This document shows, piece by piece, positions 38,811-49,785 of a stretch of 52,148 bases of DNA. The stretch is from a virus (taxonomy: Duplodnaviria; Caudoviricetes): the IMG/VR virus record IMGVR_UViG_3300037137_001787, positions 1 to 52,148 of that record. One strand, 5' to 3'. Positions within the stretch are counted from its first letter, which is position 1, and each line of letters begins with the position of its first letter. A model generated the notes under the pieces. The model worked only from the letters and a program-made list of their open reading frames with translations. It searched no databases and was not told where the DNA came from. The position numbers and the translations under genes are program-made.

Positions 38811-39251
38811 TCATATTATCATTATCCAGACATTCTCATGAGATGGAATAAAGATATCATCCGTTTGCGGTTCGACATACCACAGCGTTTTATTTTCATC
38901 AATGAAGAAGTTCCATGCATGTGGCGCATCATCGCTGGCACGATTGCCCCAGACTATACCGAATGCCCCATCTGAATTCCATGTGGAAACATCACCCATG
39001 AGTTCAAAGCTATAATCATCACAATCATGAGCATCTACATAATAGGCACGCTTGTTTACTGGATTGACTTTCAGGAACTCTTCAAGTGATCTCTTGTTGA
39101 TTGTGGAATATTTTGCATCACTCAACCAGAGGTTACTGCAATATGGCTTCAGAATCTGTCCCAGGTCAACCCCAGAGAGACTTTGAGGGTATGGGATAGG
39201 TACAGGTGTCGGCTTTCTAAAAAAGTCCCATATCCAATCTAAAAGGCTCAT
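38811..39251 (-). CDS. Papain/transglutaminase-like cysteine protease (Agglutinin_C/MOA-related)
   Basis: HDCDDYS (Cys), HAWN (His) and YVEPQTD. Confidence 0.75.
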   Translation of the reverse strand: MSLLDWIWDFFRKPTPVPIPYPQSLSGVDLGQILKPYCSNLWLSDAKYSTINKRSLEEFLKVNPVNKRAYYVDAHDCDDYSFELMGDVSTWNSDGAFGIVWGNRASDDAPHAWNFFIDENKTLWYVEPQTDDIFIPSHENVWIMII

Positions 39252-39260
39252 TGTGTGGTC

Positions 39261-39434
39261 TCAATCATGTGGTTTAGGTGTACTCCGGTCAAGTTCCTGT
39301 TGTCGCAGATTATATCCACGTATCACACCCAGAGCCAGCATTCGCAGATCGTGCGTCTCTTTGAGTGCGGCTTCAAGTTCGAGTTCTCTTGCTTCGAGTT
39401 TCGTTGCTTCAAGTTGCAGTTCTTCGATTCCCAT
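39261..39434 (-). CDS. Small coiled-coil protein (57 aa)
   Basis: Translated by hand: MGIEELQLEATKLEARELELEAALKE... Confidence 0.55.
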   Translation of the reverse strand: MGIEELQLEATKLEARELELEAALKETHDLRMLALGVIRGYNLRQQELDRSTPKPHD

Positions 39435-39473
39435 ATACTATGAATTGTATCTGATTGGATTTATAGTTTAGCA

Positions 39474-40181
39474 TCATGTGGATTTAGGTATCTTCACTGA
39501 CTTCACACCAGTACTATTCGGATCCTCACAACTCAATTTCCACGACTTGTTGTATGCTATTGTCGTCTGTGCGGAATAGTCACCAGATGCTACATGCATA
39601 ATACCTGTTGAAGCAAGTATATCCCACCCCGCTTTCATTGTTTTTTTGGCTGTTGCCCATGATGTTCCCACACCAGTGTCGTTAGCTTTATTAATATCAA
39701 CATAAACATTTGACAAACCTTCCCTTATATTATCAATGTGGAAATGACGGTCACAGCCACTTCCTGGTGAATAACTAAAATATAGTCTGATAACAAAATC
39801 ATGAACTCCACTATAGGCACTCAAATCTAAAGTATTATTCAACCATTCAGTCCCAGACTCATCGCCTAACTTTTCCCATACCACGGTTGTATCAATAAGT
39901 ATTTGATAGTGAACATAGGCTTCTTCGCTTGAGTATTCTTTTCTAAAATCAAAAATTATATTAAAGTTGCTTGGAATATTTATTGATTGTTTTATCTGTG
40001 CATATTCGCCATTAATGAATACTCCTCCTCCCGAATGTAATAATAGGTAGGCATATGTCCCCTCTGTTTTCCATTCAGTATTTTGTCCTCCTGATAATAC
40101 ACCATTAGAGTCGTTTTCAGAATATATCCAATTCGTTACTGTTTCAAATCCTGGTTCAAGGATAGTTACCATATTAAGCAC
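39474..40181 (-). CDS. Carbohydrate-binding-like virion protein
   Basis: Jelly-roll-like N-terminus. C-terminal VYVD...G.GTSWATAKKT motif. Confidence 0.6.
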   Translation of the reverse strand: MLNMVTILEPGFETVTNWIYSENDSNGVLSGGQNTEWKTEGTYAYLLLHSGGGVFINGEYAQIKQSINIPSNFNIIFDFRKEYSSEEAYVHYQILIDTTVVWEKLGDESGTEWLNNTLDLSAYSGVHDFVIRLYFSYSPGSGCDRHFHIDNIREGLSNVYVDINKANDTGVGTSWATAKKTMKAGWDILASTGIMHVASGDYSAQTTIAYNKSWKLSCEDPNSTGVKSVKIPKST

Positions 40182-41493
40182 TCACAATAAATTCGTAAAC
40201 GCCACCAGACGGGATTGTGAACCGCATATTTGAACCGTTCTTATCTATCTTCAATGTCGTAGCTTCGATATAATGAATCTGTGCGAATATCTCATTCCAG
40301 AATAGAGAAGATGAACCCAAATCCTTTGTTCCTGTTGAACCGGGTGTGATTGTCCCAATGCTTTTGATATCTGCGTATGTATTCGCTGCTTTCAAACCAC
40401 TCAAATCATCACCGAAAATAACATCAGACCCACCGCCTGCCGTGCCTCTGAGTTTGTTTGCACCTAAGACAACATCTACTGCCGCAGTGATTGCCGCATC
40501 TGCAAAAGTACATACTGTAACACTATTCAATACCATTTTTATTTGACTTACAGTATCAAATCCAATCCAGTCATACTGAGCTTCAGCACCGCCAATATAT
40601 TTAGTCCACACTACATTCCAGAGATTGCTAACTCCACCGAGATTATAAGCAGCACTTGCATTAGGCAGTAAAGTGCCACCCATATTTCTTGCACCCGAAG
40701 CAAGTAGGTATTGAGTATGATCATCATCGCTCAGCCCGGTGAGCAATCCATGATCAGTTACGCCTCCCCCGAGTGGCTGCCAGTCAGGAACCGCATAAGT
40801 CCCTTTATTCACATATACATTATTATTATCAGTATCAAGATAAGCCCCCCCTTTATCAGTATATGCTGGGGGTACTGCAAGATTCTCAAACCTGAATCTA
40901 TTAAATTCTGCATTAGCAAAATAAACTTTATTAATTCCAGTTGCATAAATACTGATTCCAGCATCAGTGATTTTTATTCCATTTCCAGCAGGTTCAGCTA
41001 AATAATCTCCAATATAGAAACTTCCTGGATTAGTCCCGTGTGTATTATATGGAGTAACTTGAAGACCATAATAATCAACAGTCTCAACGGCTGTCTTCTT
41101 TGAAAATATTTCCCCTGTTTTTAAACCGTTATAATATACTGTTTTTGTCGCCAGCATTTCAATATCTTCAGATGATGTTATCGTACTTCCATCATCGATA
41201 AGATGCGAATTTCCTATTGCAGTTGCGCCAGTGAATCGAGGAAGGTAATTTGTCGTGCCTGAACCTGTGATACCACCGCCTCCACCGCCGCCGCCTGAAC
41301 CTATCTCTGTTCTACCAGTATCCTTCTGGTAATAGGCATGTCTACCAACTCCAGGGGTAAGAATAATATCACCACGACTGGAAATAACTGTATTCCCGCC
41401 AGCTCCAGCAAACTCAGGAACTTTCATTCTTGCTGTTCTTAATTCATCCTGTATCGTTGCCCGAATTAAGCGTACCAATTCTTCATCAATCAT
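40174..41493 (-). CDS. Tail fibre/spike protein
   Basis: Gly linker, GTTNYLPRFTG, DHGLLTGLSDDDHTQY, and YNLG/DLGS..W repeats. Confidence 0.75.
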   Translation of the reverse strand: MIDEELVRLIRATIQDELRTARMKVPEFAGAGGNTVISSRGDIILTPGVGRHAYYQKDTGRTEIGSGGGGGGGGITGSGTTNYLPRFTGATAIGNSHLIDDGSTITSSEDIEMLATKTVYYNGLKTGEIFSKKTAVETVDYYGLQVTPYNTHGTNPGSFYIGDYLAEPAGNGIKITDAGISIYATGINKVYFANAEFNRFRFENLAVPPAYTDKGGAYLDTDNNNVYVNKGTYAVPDWQPLGGGVTDHGLLTGLSDDDHTQYLLASGARNMGGTLLPNASAAYNLGGVSNLWNVVWTKYIGGAEAQYDWIGFDTVSQIKMVLNSVTVCTFADAAITAAVDVVLGANKLRGTAGGGSDVIFGDDLSGLKAANTYADIKSIGTITPGSTGTKDLGSSSLFWNEIFAQIHYIEATTLKIDKNGSNMRFTIPSGGVYEFIVSA

Positions 41494-43511
41494 ACTCTAA
41501 ACGCCCTCACGAATGTTTTAACCTGTTTACCTTTAAGTGTATGCCGTTGTTCAGTACAACGCACCATAACCATCTCATCAAGCTCAGGGGAGTATATCTC
41601 AAGATACAACCCAACAAGATTTGCAGTCCACCCATTCTTAAAGACCAGATTAACATCAAGAGGTTCACGGATCTTAGAACTTGTGTTCTGGTGACATTCA
41701 TAAATATCTTTACTTCGTTTTCTGCAATTTGTAGTCCATACATTTAAACTACTTGTTCCAGAATATGACGAGGTTAATCCAAGAATACCGTATTTAGCAT
41801 TTACTGATTCTGCTGGAGTAGCCAACGGATCAGGGTAACACCCCATTCTATCCGGGCATTTGTTGTTTGTTGCGCCACCATCTGGACATCCTATAAGGTT
41901 TGTGGCTGTAAGAACACCAACCTCAGCACATTTGCCCTGAGTTGCAACGAATGTCTTTAATCGCCGATAACTAATTTTTGTGGTAGGGTTCTCCGCATCA
42001 TGAACAATATTATATTTAGCTGGAGAATAGACAAGTCCCCCGGTTGTATTTATTGCAAATGCTCCGGCAGTTACTAATGTCGCATCCCATTTATAAGTAC
42101 CTGTTGTCTGTGTCGGGACTGAAACATATTTTCCACCATGAGTATTATTAGAATCATATGGTACAAACTCATATCCTGTTGATGGATACGCATATATCTG
42201 TGACCATGCCCCACTAATCCATTTATAAAGAATTAATTGGAACCAATACTCATTATTAGTTACTGCTGTGAATGGAACATACACTAAATTGTATTTATTG
42301 ACTGCACCGCTTGGAATTGTGAAACTGGTATTGTCCTGCGCACCCCAAGTATCACGGAAATCCTCATCAACTGCATGTGCTTTATCGAATCCACCCAGAA
42401 CAACATCAATTACGCCAGTTCCAGAACAGGATGGAATATATTTCTTGCCAATACCTTCCACGGAACCCATGTGAGTAAGTATCTTTCTTAGGATTTCCCA
42501 TGTTGGATAATCTTTAGTGCTGACAATAGATTGAATGTTCATGTTATATGAACTTGCCCCGGCGCCACCGGTTGCACTATAATTTGCTGTAAGTGTGAGA
42601 GATGTTGCGCTTTCGATTGATGATATAATTACCCATGTTGCATCAGCATTGAGGCGAATCTTCATTCCGGGGAAGAAATCAATATCGAATTGTGTACTAA
42701 CTCCAGTAACTGTTGCGCTTGCGTTTGTGAATGTCACAGTTGCTGCCGTCCCGTCGTTTTTTAATATCGCTGTTGCTATCGGATCAAAAATAGATGTAGT
42801 GTATGGCGCAGCAGCTTTTGGTGTATATGAATAAGTAATTGGATAATCTGTTGTGGGTTTGCCTTTGTTCATCCACGCTACAATTAAAGTAATGATTGCA
42901 TCGAAGGTGATATCATCGTTTGTCGTGAAATTCCAATGATATTGATCTGTGGTTCCATTTGCTCTATGATACCATATTGGTGCGCCAATATCGTTCTGTA
43001 ACTGAAATGTTTCCGGTGATTCAAAATCAAGCATTACTTGAAACATACCATCTTGTTGATTATCCTGTTTCAAGTCACCGACCATATCAATCGAGATGTC
43101 AGTAAGATTCCCAACGAACCGCGCAGGAGATGGCATCGACCCATCATCTTTTGCTTGTAAATTAAGACGATGTGTACGGTATGGAAACTTCATTCTTGGG
43201 AGCTGGTGACCTGACCCCTCATTATCTGTAATCTCAAAGATATCCCGGTCAGATTCAGTCAGCATAGCAATTGAAGCCCATGAACCCTGGTCAAGAGTTT
43301 TCGTGATTTCCATGAACTGAACGGGGGCACGCAATCCATCAGAATATCTTTGCCCGGGAATGTATTGATATATCTCAGGAAGCGTATCTGTTGGAAACGA
43401 AGTTATGTTTAGATATGCTAACTCCCATGGATCATACCAATCTTGTGTTGCTGAAAATCCTGGTGTAAAATGGGGTGTAAAAAAAGATTCCCATTTAAAA
43501 TCGACTACCAT
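41490..43511 (-). CDS. Tail/baseplate-like structural protein (673 aa)
   Basis: VTG..TQF...ISSIESATSLTL module, located in the tail operon. Confidence 0.6.
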   Translation of the reverse strand: MVVDFKWESFFTPHFTPGFSATQDWYDPWELAYLNITSFPTDTLPEIYQYIPGQRYSDGLRAPVQFMEITKTLDQGSWASIAMLTESDRDIFEITDNEGSGHQLPRMKFPYRTHRLNLQAKDDGSMPSPARFVGNLTDISIDMVGDLKQDNQQDGMFQVMLDFESPETFQLQNDIGAPIWYHRANGTTDQYHWNFTTNDDITFDAIITLIVAWMNKGKPTTDYPITYSYTPKAAAPYTTSIFDPIATAILKNDGTAATVTFTNASATVTGVSTQFDIDFFPGMKIRLNADATWVIISSIESATSLTLTANYSATGGAGASSYNMNIQSIVSTKDYPTWEILRKILTHMGSVEGIGKKYIPSCSGTGVIDVVLGGFDKAHAVDEDFRDTWGAQDNTSFTIPSGAVNKYNLVYVPFTAVTNNEYWFQLILYKWISGAWSQIYAYPSTGYEFVPYDSNNTHGGKYVSVPTQTTGTYKWDATLVTAGAFAINTTGGLVYSPAKYNIVHDAENPTTKISYRRLKTFVATQGKCAEVGVLTATNLIGCPDGGATNNKCPDRMGCYPDPLATPAESVNAKYGILGLTSSYSGTSSLNVWTTNCRKRSKDIYECHQNTSSKIREPLDVNLVFKNGWTANLVGLYLEIYSPELDEMVMVRCTEQRHTLKGKQVKTFVRAFRV

Positions 43512-46223
43512 TTAAAATCCACACCCATGATATTTGCCCCCTAATCTCCTTATTGATTGCCTGACTATGCCTTCGGGAGTATTTCTAACTGACCATACCC
43601 AATCTGTAGCATTATATATGTTTATACCCATTCCAACTTTAGCTATTTTCTGAAGTGTGGTTTTGTCCGGATCGCTGATGTATTTTGCCGTGCTTACTAT
43701 CCTTGAGAATGGGGCTGCTTTCACCAGATATTCGCCTTGGTTTGTTATATTTTTTCCTGACCACATCTCTTTACCCATTGCTTCTTCAATAGGCAATTTA
43801 ACAATTGGATATAACATCGTTCCACCAATTCTGTTCTGAGACGTGTTACTTTCCATTAAATAAGGCAATTTAGTTATATCTTCAAAAGGCAATCCAGTTC
43901 CTGCCCAAGTATTATTTCCAAACGGCATAATTGCACCGCCTTTCAACCAGTCAGGCATGTATGATTTCTCAACATCTGTCTGTTGGTTATCGTTACTATG
44001 CATGATTTTATCTACAACCGAATAGCGATTCGGCGTAGTGACCATCATGTATGCTTCATTGATGCGGTTCTCTCGATTCCATGTATAGAATGGGATTAAT
44101 CGTTTCAGGATATCTTCTTCGATATCTGAATATGTTTTTTTATAATCAAAATGATAAGTATTTATTTTACCCTCAATTGTAGCAATATCATCACCCCGTT
44201 CAACCGCATCGAATAACATCATCTCCCTAACTCTTGATTCAATGCCGCGTCCGATCATCATCGGATATTTAAATAGTAAATCTCCTGGCGCTTTTCCTAC
44301 AGCCTCACCGGTTGGGCCCACTTGCCCATAAATTCCCATATTCATACCAAGTTCACGCATTTCTCTTTGGGTGTGTGATACTCCAAACTTATCTACTATG
44401 ACTATAGCATCATCACCACCTTTAGCGGCTTTTCCTTTTATCCAAGTTAGAGGATTCACACCAGACATGACGTTTTTCCACATTGAACCATAGATATTAC
44501 GTGCATGGAATTCAGGGAAAAGAATCGTATTCATCCTCGCCCATAGGTTATTATATGAATCATAAGCATTCAGAGCAATTTTACCAAGACCTTCTTTTGG
44601 TTTAGATTTCATCAGGTTTTTGATTACTGCATCATCTTCTAATATTTTGAGCATGTCTTTAGGAAGCCAGACATTCTTCATTCCAGGCAAAGAACTTTGT
44701 ACAAATCCTAGGAGTTGCCGTGCATCCCTTTTTGTTTTGCCGAACGTAGTTGCAATGAAATCAAAATACTTTGCTGTTTCGACTGTAGCCACATCTTCTT
44801 TAATCCTATATGCTGTAGCACGAAACCCGTTCTCGTCAAACATCTTCGTTGCAAACTTTGCCATTGAATCTATATTGGCTTGAATAATTGTCTTGTCTAC
44901 ATCCCTGTGAAGCGCATATGCGTTTGATTTCACGCCACTACTGGTCAATTGCATCATTCTTTTGTATTGATTGGTAACAAGATGCCTGATATAATTTTGT
45001 TTTTCAGAAGTAAGTAACCCCAACTTCTTTTCTTCAACGGCCATTGTCGCATGAATTTCTTGAATTCTATCTGCGATTGGCTTTATTCCACTGAAATAAC
45101 CTCGTACTGTTGGGTCTTCTATGTATCGTGATAATATTGAACCGGCATTATTACCGTACATATTCTTGGCTTGTTTTTCAAGTGATCTCAGTTCAGACAA
45201 CTTTTCTTCAGTTCTGAGCGCAATTCTGCCTTGAAGATTTACTAAACTTTGTACTCCACGTCCAGTAATATCTCTTGAATAGTCTTTCTTGCCAATGGTC
45301 CTGAGTGCAGAAATGAAATTATTATCATTGAGAGTTACTTTCCGATTCAATCCCCGGACTTGTTCTTTCAATCCAACGTAAAGCTCATTGACCTTCCCGC
45401 CCGTCTTTGATGCAACTGACCCGACATAACTCCATGGGAGATATTTTTGTGGAAGTATATTCCAATTTTGATAGATAAATCTTAGTCCTGATGCTTGCAC
45501 CATTCCTGGATTGTTCCTGAGAATCGCCGACATCATATGCCGGACTTCTGGATTGATGTGGAATACTTCTTGTCCGGTTGCAGTAACTGTCTTTATTCGA
45601 GGATATTGTTTGAGCAATTCAGTATATGCTTTTACTCCACTTGGAGCCAATCCTTTGATTTTACCAGCAGATGATATAAATTTAGTTGCTCCACCGATAC
45701 CAGAGGTAATAAATGTTGTCGGATCCCATGCAATATCTGTGTATATCTTTTTGCCCCATTGAGGGAGTATTTGATACACTGGATTGTACCTAGTAGCTTT
45801 TTCCCATCGTCTTGATTCAGCAGTAGACTTGCCTTCAGGTAGCAACACTTCGCTTGGGAATATTGCATCTTTGATTCCTGCTTTTGCTTCTTTACCTAAT
45901 CGTTTATCCTGTTCGTTCTTGAGCCACGCACCAGAAGCATATGAACCTGTGGAGAATATATCAAGACTTAATATGTTGTACCCCGGTTTATCTGGCGGTT
46001 GCACACCACCTTGTTTTGTATATTGCAAACCACTATAATCCCGCATATTCTCAGGCAATTGAGACTGAGCATAAAACATATTCTGAACGTCTTTACGATT
46101 GTTCATTTCCCATAACTTCAACCGTTCGTTACGGGTCATGTTCCAACCTTCGGCTCTTGGAACTATTTCATCTTCTTTAGTGATAGGATTCGTTTGTTTC
46201 TTGAATCCTTCCGGTGCAGGCAA
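43512..46223 (-). CDS. Large internal virion/ejection-like protein (903 aa)
   Basis: FHARNIYG, FDY...E...KRLIPFYTW and PDWLK motifs typical of large polyvalent/ejection proteins. Confidence 0.6.
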   Translation of the reverse strand: MPAPEGFKKQTNPITKEDEIVPRAEGWNMTRNERLKLWEMNNRKDVQNMFYAQSQLPENMRDYSGLQYTKQGGVQPPDKPGYNILSLDIFSTGSYASGAWLKNEQDKRLGKEAKAGIKDAIFPSEVLLPEGKSTAESRRWEKATRYNPVYQILPQWGKKIYTDIAWDPTTFITSGIGGATKFISSAGKIKGLAPSGVKAYTELLKQYPRIKTVTATGQEVFHINPEVRHMMSAILRNNPGMVQASGLRFIYQNWNILPQKYLPWSYVGSVASKTGGKVNELYVGLKEQVRGLNRKVTLNDNNFISALRTIGKKDYSRDITGRGVQSLVNLQGRIALRTEEKLSELRSLEKQAKNMYGNNAGSILSRYIEDPTVRGYFSGIKPIADRIQEIHATMAVEEKKLGLLTSEKQNYIRHLVTNQYKRMMQLTSSGVKSNAYALHRDVDKTIIQANIDSMAKFATKMFDENGFRATAYRIKEDVATVETAKYFDFIATTFGKTKRDARQLLGFVQSSLPGMKNVWLPKDMLKILEDDAVIKNLMKSKPKEGLGKIALNAYDSYNNLWARMNTILFPEFHARNIYGSMWKNVMSGVNPLTWIKGKAAKGGDDAIVIVDKFGVSHTQREMRELGMNMGIYGQVGPTGEAVGKAPGDLLFKYPMMIGRGIESRVREMMLFDAVERGDDIATIEGKINTYHFDYKKTYSDIEEDILKRLIPFYTWNRENRINEAYMMVTTPNRYSVVDKIMHSNDNQQTDVEKSYMPDWLKGGAIMPFGNNTWAGTGLPFEDITKLPYLMESNTSQNRIGGTMLYPIVKLPIEEAMGKEMWSGKNITNQGEYLVKAAPFSRIVSTAKYISDPDKTTLQKIAKVGMGINIYNATDWVWSVRNTPEGIVRQSIRRLGGKYHGCGF

Positions 46224-46236
46224 CTGACCCTCCTAT

Positions 46237-47250
46237 TTAAGTCGCGTTGGGGTATGTGGTCGTATTATTGTAGACGTCTATCCTTATAGAATATGTTGCG
46301 GTCTTATCAATCATAGGAATGAAATCAACCACCGGTTCTATTGTCCCTTCACCATCAACAGCCCTCTCATATGTTGTGAATACACCACGAGGAAATACTA
46401 TTTCCATCTTGTAATTGCTTCCATTACCTGATGGAATAGCAACACCAGTATCAAGAACTATACCTAATGACGTTTCAGTTCCCGCTTCAAAATCAGCGAT
46501 ACGATGAGTTGTCCTGAGTTTTGTTACGAAGTTCACCGCAGTTCTGACTTTTCCATCAACAATATCATCTGTGTATCCAAGCTGGTCACTCTGGAAGTTA
46601 TCGGCGTTTAGATCACGCGACATATCAAATTTGGCTGAGAACGGGTCTTTCCATTGTGCCATCGCAGCTATCGTCGTAGCTCCTGCTGCACCAACGTAAA
46701 CTTTGAATCCATTGAACGCTACTGTGAGTTCATCTACTGCAAACGATGGTGATCCAGGATCAGAGCCAGTTTCGTTGGTTTGCCCCGTTGCTCTGCAATC
46801 ACAATATACTGTATCCATTCTTGGAACGAAAAGGGAAAAGGAATTGATAGCATTCCCAATATAGTTTTTGTATAATGCAGAGCTCATCCCCCCTTCATCT
46901 ATTAGTGCTTTGAAATATTTGAATGCATTACCGAATTTTAGAGTATGTTTATACTCTGAGGTTGCGCCCTGCTGTGCTGTTGTTATACTCCCCATGAACC
47001 ATTTTAGGATGTCGACAATGGTTGTCATATCAAGTTCAAACCGTAACCGTCCTGTAACGAAATGAGATATTTGTTTTGAGATACCAATTTCACTACTCGC
47101 AGCATAATCAGAAGTTACATAGTTAGGGACTTTGTGGAACCCCGCTTCATGCCTTCGTAACCATACTGATCTTTGTCCTGTGCCAAGAGTCGCCAATGCG
47201 CTCTGTTCTTTGAGAAGAATTTTACTATCTAATCCGGTGCCAACGCTCAT
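46237..47250 (-). CDS. Tail tube protein
   Basis: LKEQSAL..G, YKHTL, YIGNAINSFSL and YKMEIVFP siphoviral tube-like pattern. Confidence 0.75.
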   Translation of the reverse strand: MSVGTGLDSKILLKEQSALATLGTGQRSVWLRRHEAGFHKVPNYVTSDYAASSEIGISKQISHFVTGRLRFELDMTTIVDILKWFMGSITTAQQGATSEYKHTLKFGNAFKYFKALIDEGGMSSALYKNYIGNAINSFSLFVPRMDTVYCDCRATGQTNETGSDPGSPSFAVDELTVAFNGFKVYVGAAGATTIAAMAQWKDPFSAKFDMSRDLNADNFQSDQLGYTDDIVDGKVRTAVNFVTKLRTTHRIADFEAGTETSLGIVLDTGVAIPSGNGSNYKMEIVFPRGVFTTYERAVDGEGTIEPVVDFIPMIDKTATYSIRIDVYNNTTTYPNAT

Positions 47251-47253
47251 ATT

Positions 47254-47928
47254 TTATGCTCCATAATATATTCCTGCTTCTATTTTAAGAATAGCAGTAT
47301 TGTAATCGGCAATCATCTGTGAAGCCATTGCGGGACTGATTCTCTGGGTTTGTTGTTCAAGTCCTCTTGCTGCACCTTTATTATCCAAAGCCCTCAATGC
47401 ATGAGCTACAGCTCCGTCCTTAATAACTATATTCTTCCAATCTGCATTGAGCGTTTGCATTGCAATCAAAGCGTATCTTATTGTTGCCATCGTGACTTCT
47501 GATGTTGCTCTGTCAAGACATAATTGAACCTGTGCGCTAGTGAGATCCCCAGACGCGCTAATAGTATAACCATACATCGTCAACCACGCTTCAACATCAG
47601 ATAATGATACTGTTGATGATAAACCAGTCCCGAAGAAATACGCTACATCGACCTGCAATGAGCTGGCATCGAAGTAATACTCGAATGTTCGTGCAGCCGT
47701 CAAAGAAAGTTTGAGATCCACACTTTCGAGTGGTAGCAATGATTTCTGATAGAATGGGGTTGTGCCAGTATCACGCCAGTTGAAGCTACAAGGGGTATCG
47801 CCGGTATTCGTGACACGGATGTCTGCGTTTGTGCTGCCCGCGGTCACACATCCGCTGAGATCGCCGGTTTTAGGACTATCTGCAGTTCCACCCGGTGTAC
47901 TGTCCAAAAATGCTGTGACTATTGACAT
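47254..47928 (-). CDS. Structural protein with a C-terminal head-tail adaptor-like domain
   Basis: SLSDVEAWL...LTSAQVQLCLDRATSEV. Confidence 0.5.
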   Translation of the reverse strand: MSIVTAFLDSTPGGTADSPKTGDLSGCVTAGSTNADIRVTNTGDTPCSFNWRDTGTTPFYQKSLLPLESVDLKLSLTAARTFEYYFDASSLQVDVAYFFGTGLSSTVSLSDVEAWLTMYGYTISASGDLTSAQVQLCLDRATSEVTMATIRYALIAMQTLNADWKNIVIKDGAVAHALRALDNKGAARGLEQQTQRISPAMASQMIADYNTAILKIEAGIYYGA

Positions 47929-47971
47929 TTTATCACTACCATTATTATGATGTTGTGATATTTATGTTTAT

Positions 47972-49783
47972 TCATATCATTATCACCTGTATGAACTCTC
48001 GTATAGCTTCTCCTGCCTGCGCTGGTGAGATTGTCCACAGCCATGTAATTGAAGATGAATTGCCACTTGGATTTGTTCCAGTTGCGGTGATATTGTGCGT
48101 TCCGTTTATAAGACTTGAATTCGTGTACGAAGCAGTAGTTACAGAATTATTTGTCTGGATAGATGTGCTGTTCCAATACCAAGAAACATTCACAGTTTGA
48201 TTCCATGTCGCTGTAAATGTTCGATATGTTGAGTTTGAGATGATTGATGGTGATGATGCTATTTCCACCGCTCCCAATTGTGCTGTCGGCTCAGGCGAGG
48301 CGTATTTGCGGACACGAACATCGTCTAAAGCAATTTGCTGTCCTTGCCCAGAATTTCCGTAGTTGGCAAAGCCTATTTTTCCAGCGGGCAAAACATTGTT
48401 TGTCCACGTATTTGTTACTCCCCTGTACAGGTATGTAATGTTCCCTGTGTCATTTATTGTAAGCTTGAAATTTTCCCATGTGTTTAGCGAACCGCCAACA
48501 AGGTTAGCACCAGGGCTTAAATCAGTTCTGGTCCCGCCGTTCATATATACAGGAATCACAATGCCGTCAGTCAATTCGAGATAATAAATGATATAATATG
48601 TATTATCGGTTGAATGCCTGAAAGTTATCCCAGGATAGCGTTGTATGTGATTGACCCTGCCTTCATACACTGTGGACAGAGAACTCGCCATTGCGGTAGC
48701 ATAAGCTGCTGTATGAAATTTGCCATCAGTATCTGGTATCGTTGATTTTAAGTATCTGGTACTGTCAGTTGGCATAGATAATGTTGCCGTTGAGCCTGCT
48801 GTCCACCCATTGTAATTTCCATCCTCAAAATCATCAAAAAACTTAAACGTATTCGTGCCGTTGCTCGTGAATGCTCCAGGCACAATGTAAAGATAATATG
48901 TATTATTTGTCCACACCGATGCTGGTATAGATGATAAATTCATCCAGAGATTAATATAGCTTCCATTAATCGAGCTGCTGTTGTCAATCCATAATGGCTG
49001 CACAGTGCCATCAGTATCATTGATTATCAGGAAATCTGAACCATTGCCTGCCATAATGCTTGCATTAATGGTAATATTTGCGGGAACTTCGAAGTGAGTC
49101 AGTGTATTTGCATTTCCTGTATTGTTCACTTTGATTGGATATTTCCATGTTGCAGAACCATTCCACCAGGTCAGCTCCTTAATACTCGCACCCATAAACT
49201 TAGGCTTGAGAAGGATAGAAAACTCCCCTATCTCTGGCATCTTTTTTGTCACTTTGATAAATGTTAGTATTTGTCCTGCTTGTATTTTCTTATTTGTAGG
49301 AGTAAACAAGCTTTGGTTTATTCGAGTTCTATTCTCAGTATGATTGCCTACCACAACCTGAATAGTATAATTATTCCAGATGGTTTCATTGAGTCCTGTC
49401 TGATTATTATATCTTTCTTCAGACGTGTTCTGCCAACTCGGTTCAGTATCGTCAATGACAATCATGTAATTCTCTAATACTTGAGAATACCATGTTGTTG
49501 ATAATTCTGACGACCTGCTTTTCCCTTTGTGAACTTCATAATCTTCACCGAAATCATCAAGAACAGAAAAATCATAATTATAGTTGCTGGTGACTATGAT
49601 TTTCTCTCGCATTTCAACGATATTAGAAGATAATATTTCTCCTTGTATTGAAAACCATTTTTGTGAGTTTTTATAAATGGTTGCCGTTTTATTCTGCTCG
49701 TCCCAATTATAATAATCAATAGCAGCAAAGGCTTGGACACTCAGGATGCTCAGAAGTATAATACCTGTAAGAAGGAGTTTCAT
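47972..49783 (-). CDS. Secreted DUF2341-domain adhesin-like protein
   Basis: Signal peptide, WKYPIKVNN...SDFLI...LWI, FKFFDDFEDG, DDVRVRKYASPEP, and many sequons. Confidence 0.75.
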   Translation of the reverse strand: MKLLLTGIILLSILSVQAFAAIDYYNWDEQNKTATIYKNSQKWFSIQGEILSSNIVEMREKIIVTSNYNYDFSVLDDFGEDYEVHKGKSRSSELSTTWYSQVLENYMIVIDDTEPSWQNTSEERYNNQTGLNETIWNNYTIQVVVGNHTENRTRINQSLFTPTNKKIQAGQILTFIKVTKKMPEIGEFSILLKPKFMGASIKELTWWNGSATWKYPIKVNNTGNANTLTHFEVPANITINASIMAGNGSDFLIINDTDGTVQPLWIDNSSSINGSYINLWMNLSSIPASVWTNNTYYLYIVPGAFTSNGTNTFKFFDDFEDGNYNGWTAGSTATLSMPTDSTRYLKSTIPDTDGKFHTAAYATAMASSLSTVYEGRVNHIQRYPGITFRHSTDNTYYIIYYLELTDGIVIPVYMNGGTRTDLSPGANLVGGSLNTWENFKLTINDTGNITYLYRGVTNTWTNNVLPAGKIGFANYGNSGQGQQIALDDVRVRKYASPEPTAQLGAVEIASSPSIISNSTYRTFTATWNQTVNVSWYWNSTSIQTNNSVTTASYTNSSLINGTHNITATGTNPSGNSSSITWLWTISPAQAGEAIREFIQVIMI

Positions 49784-49785
49784 GT

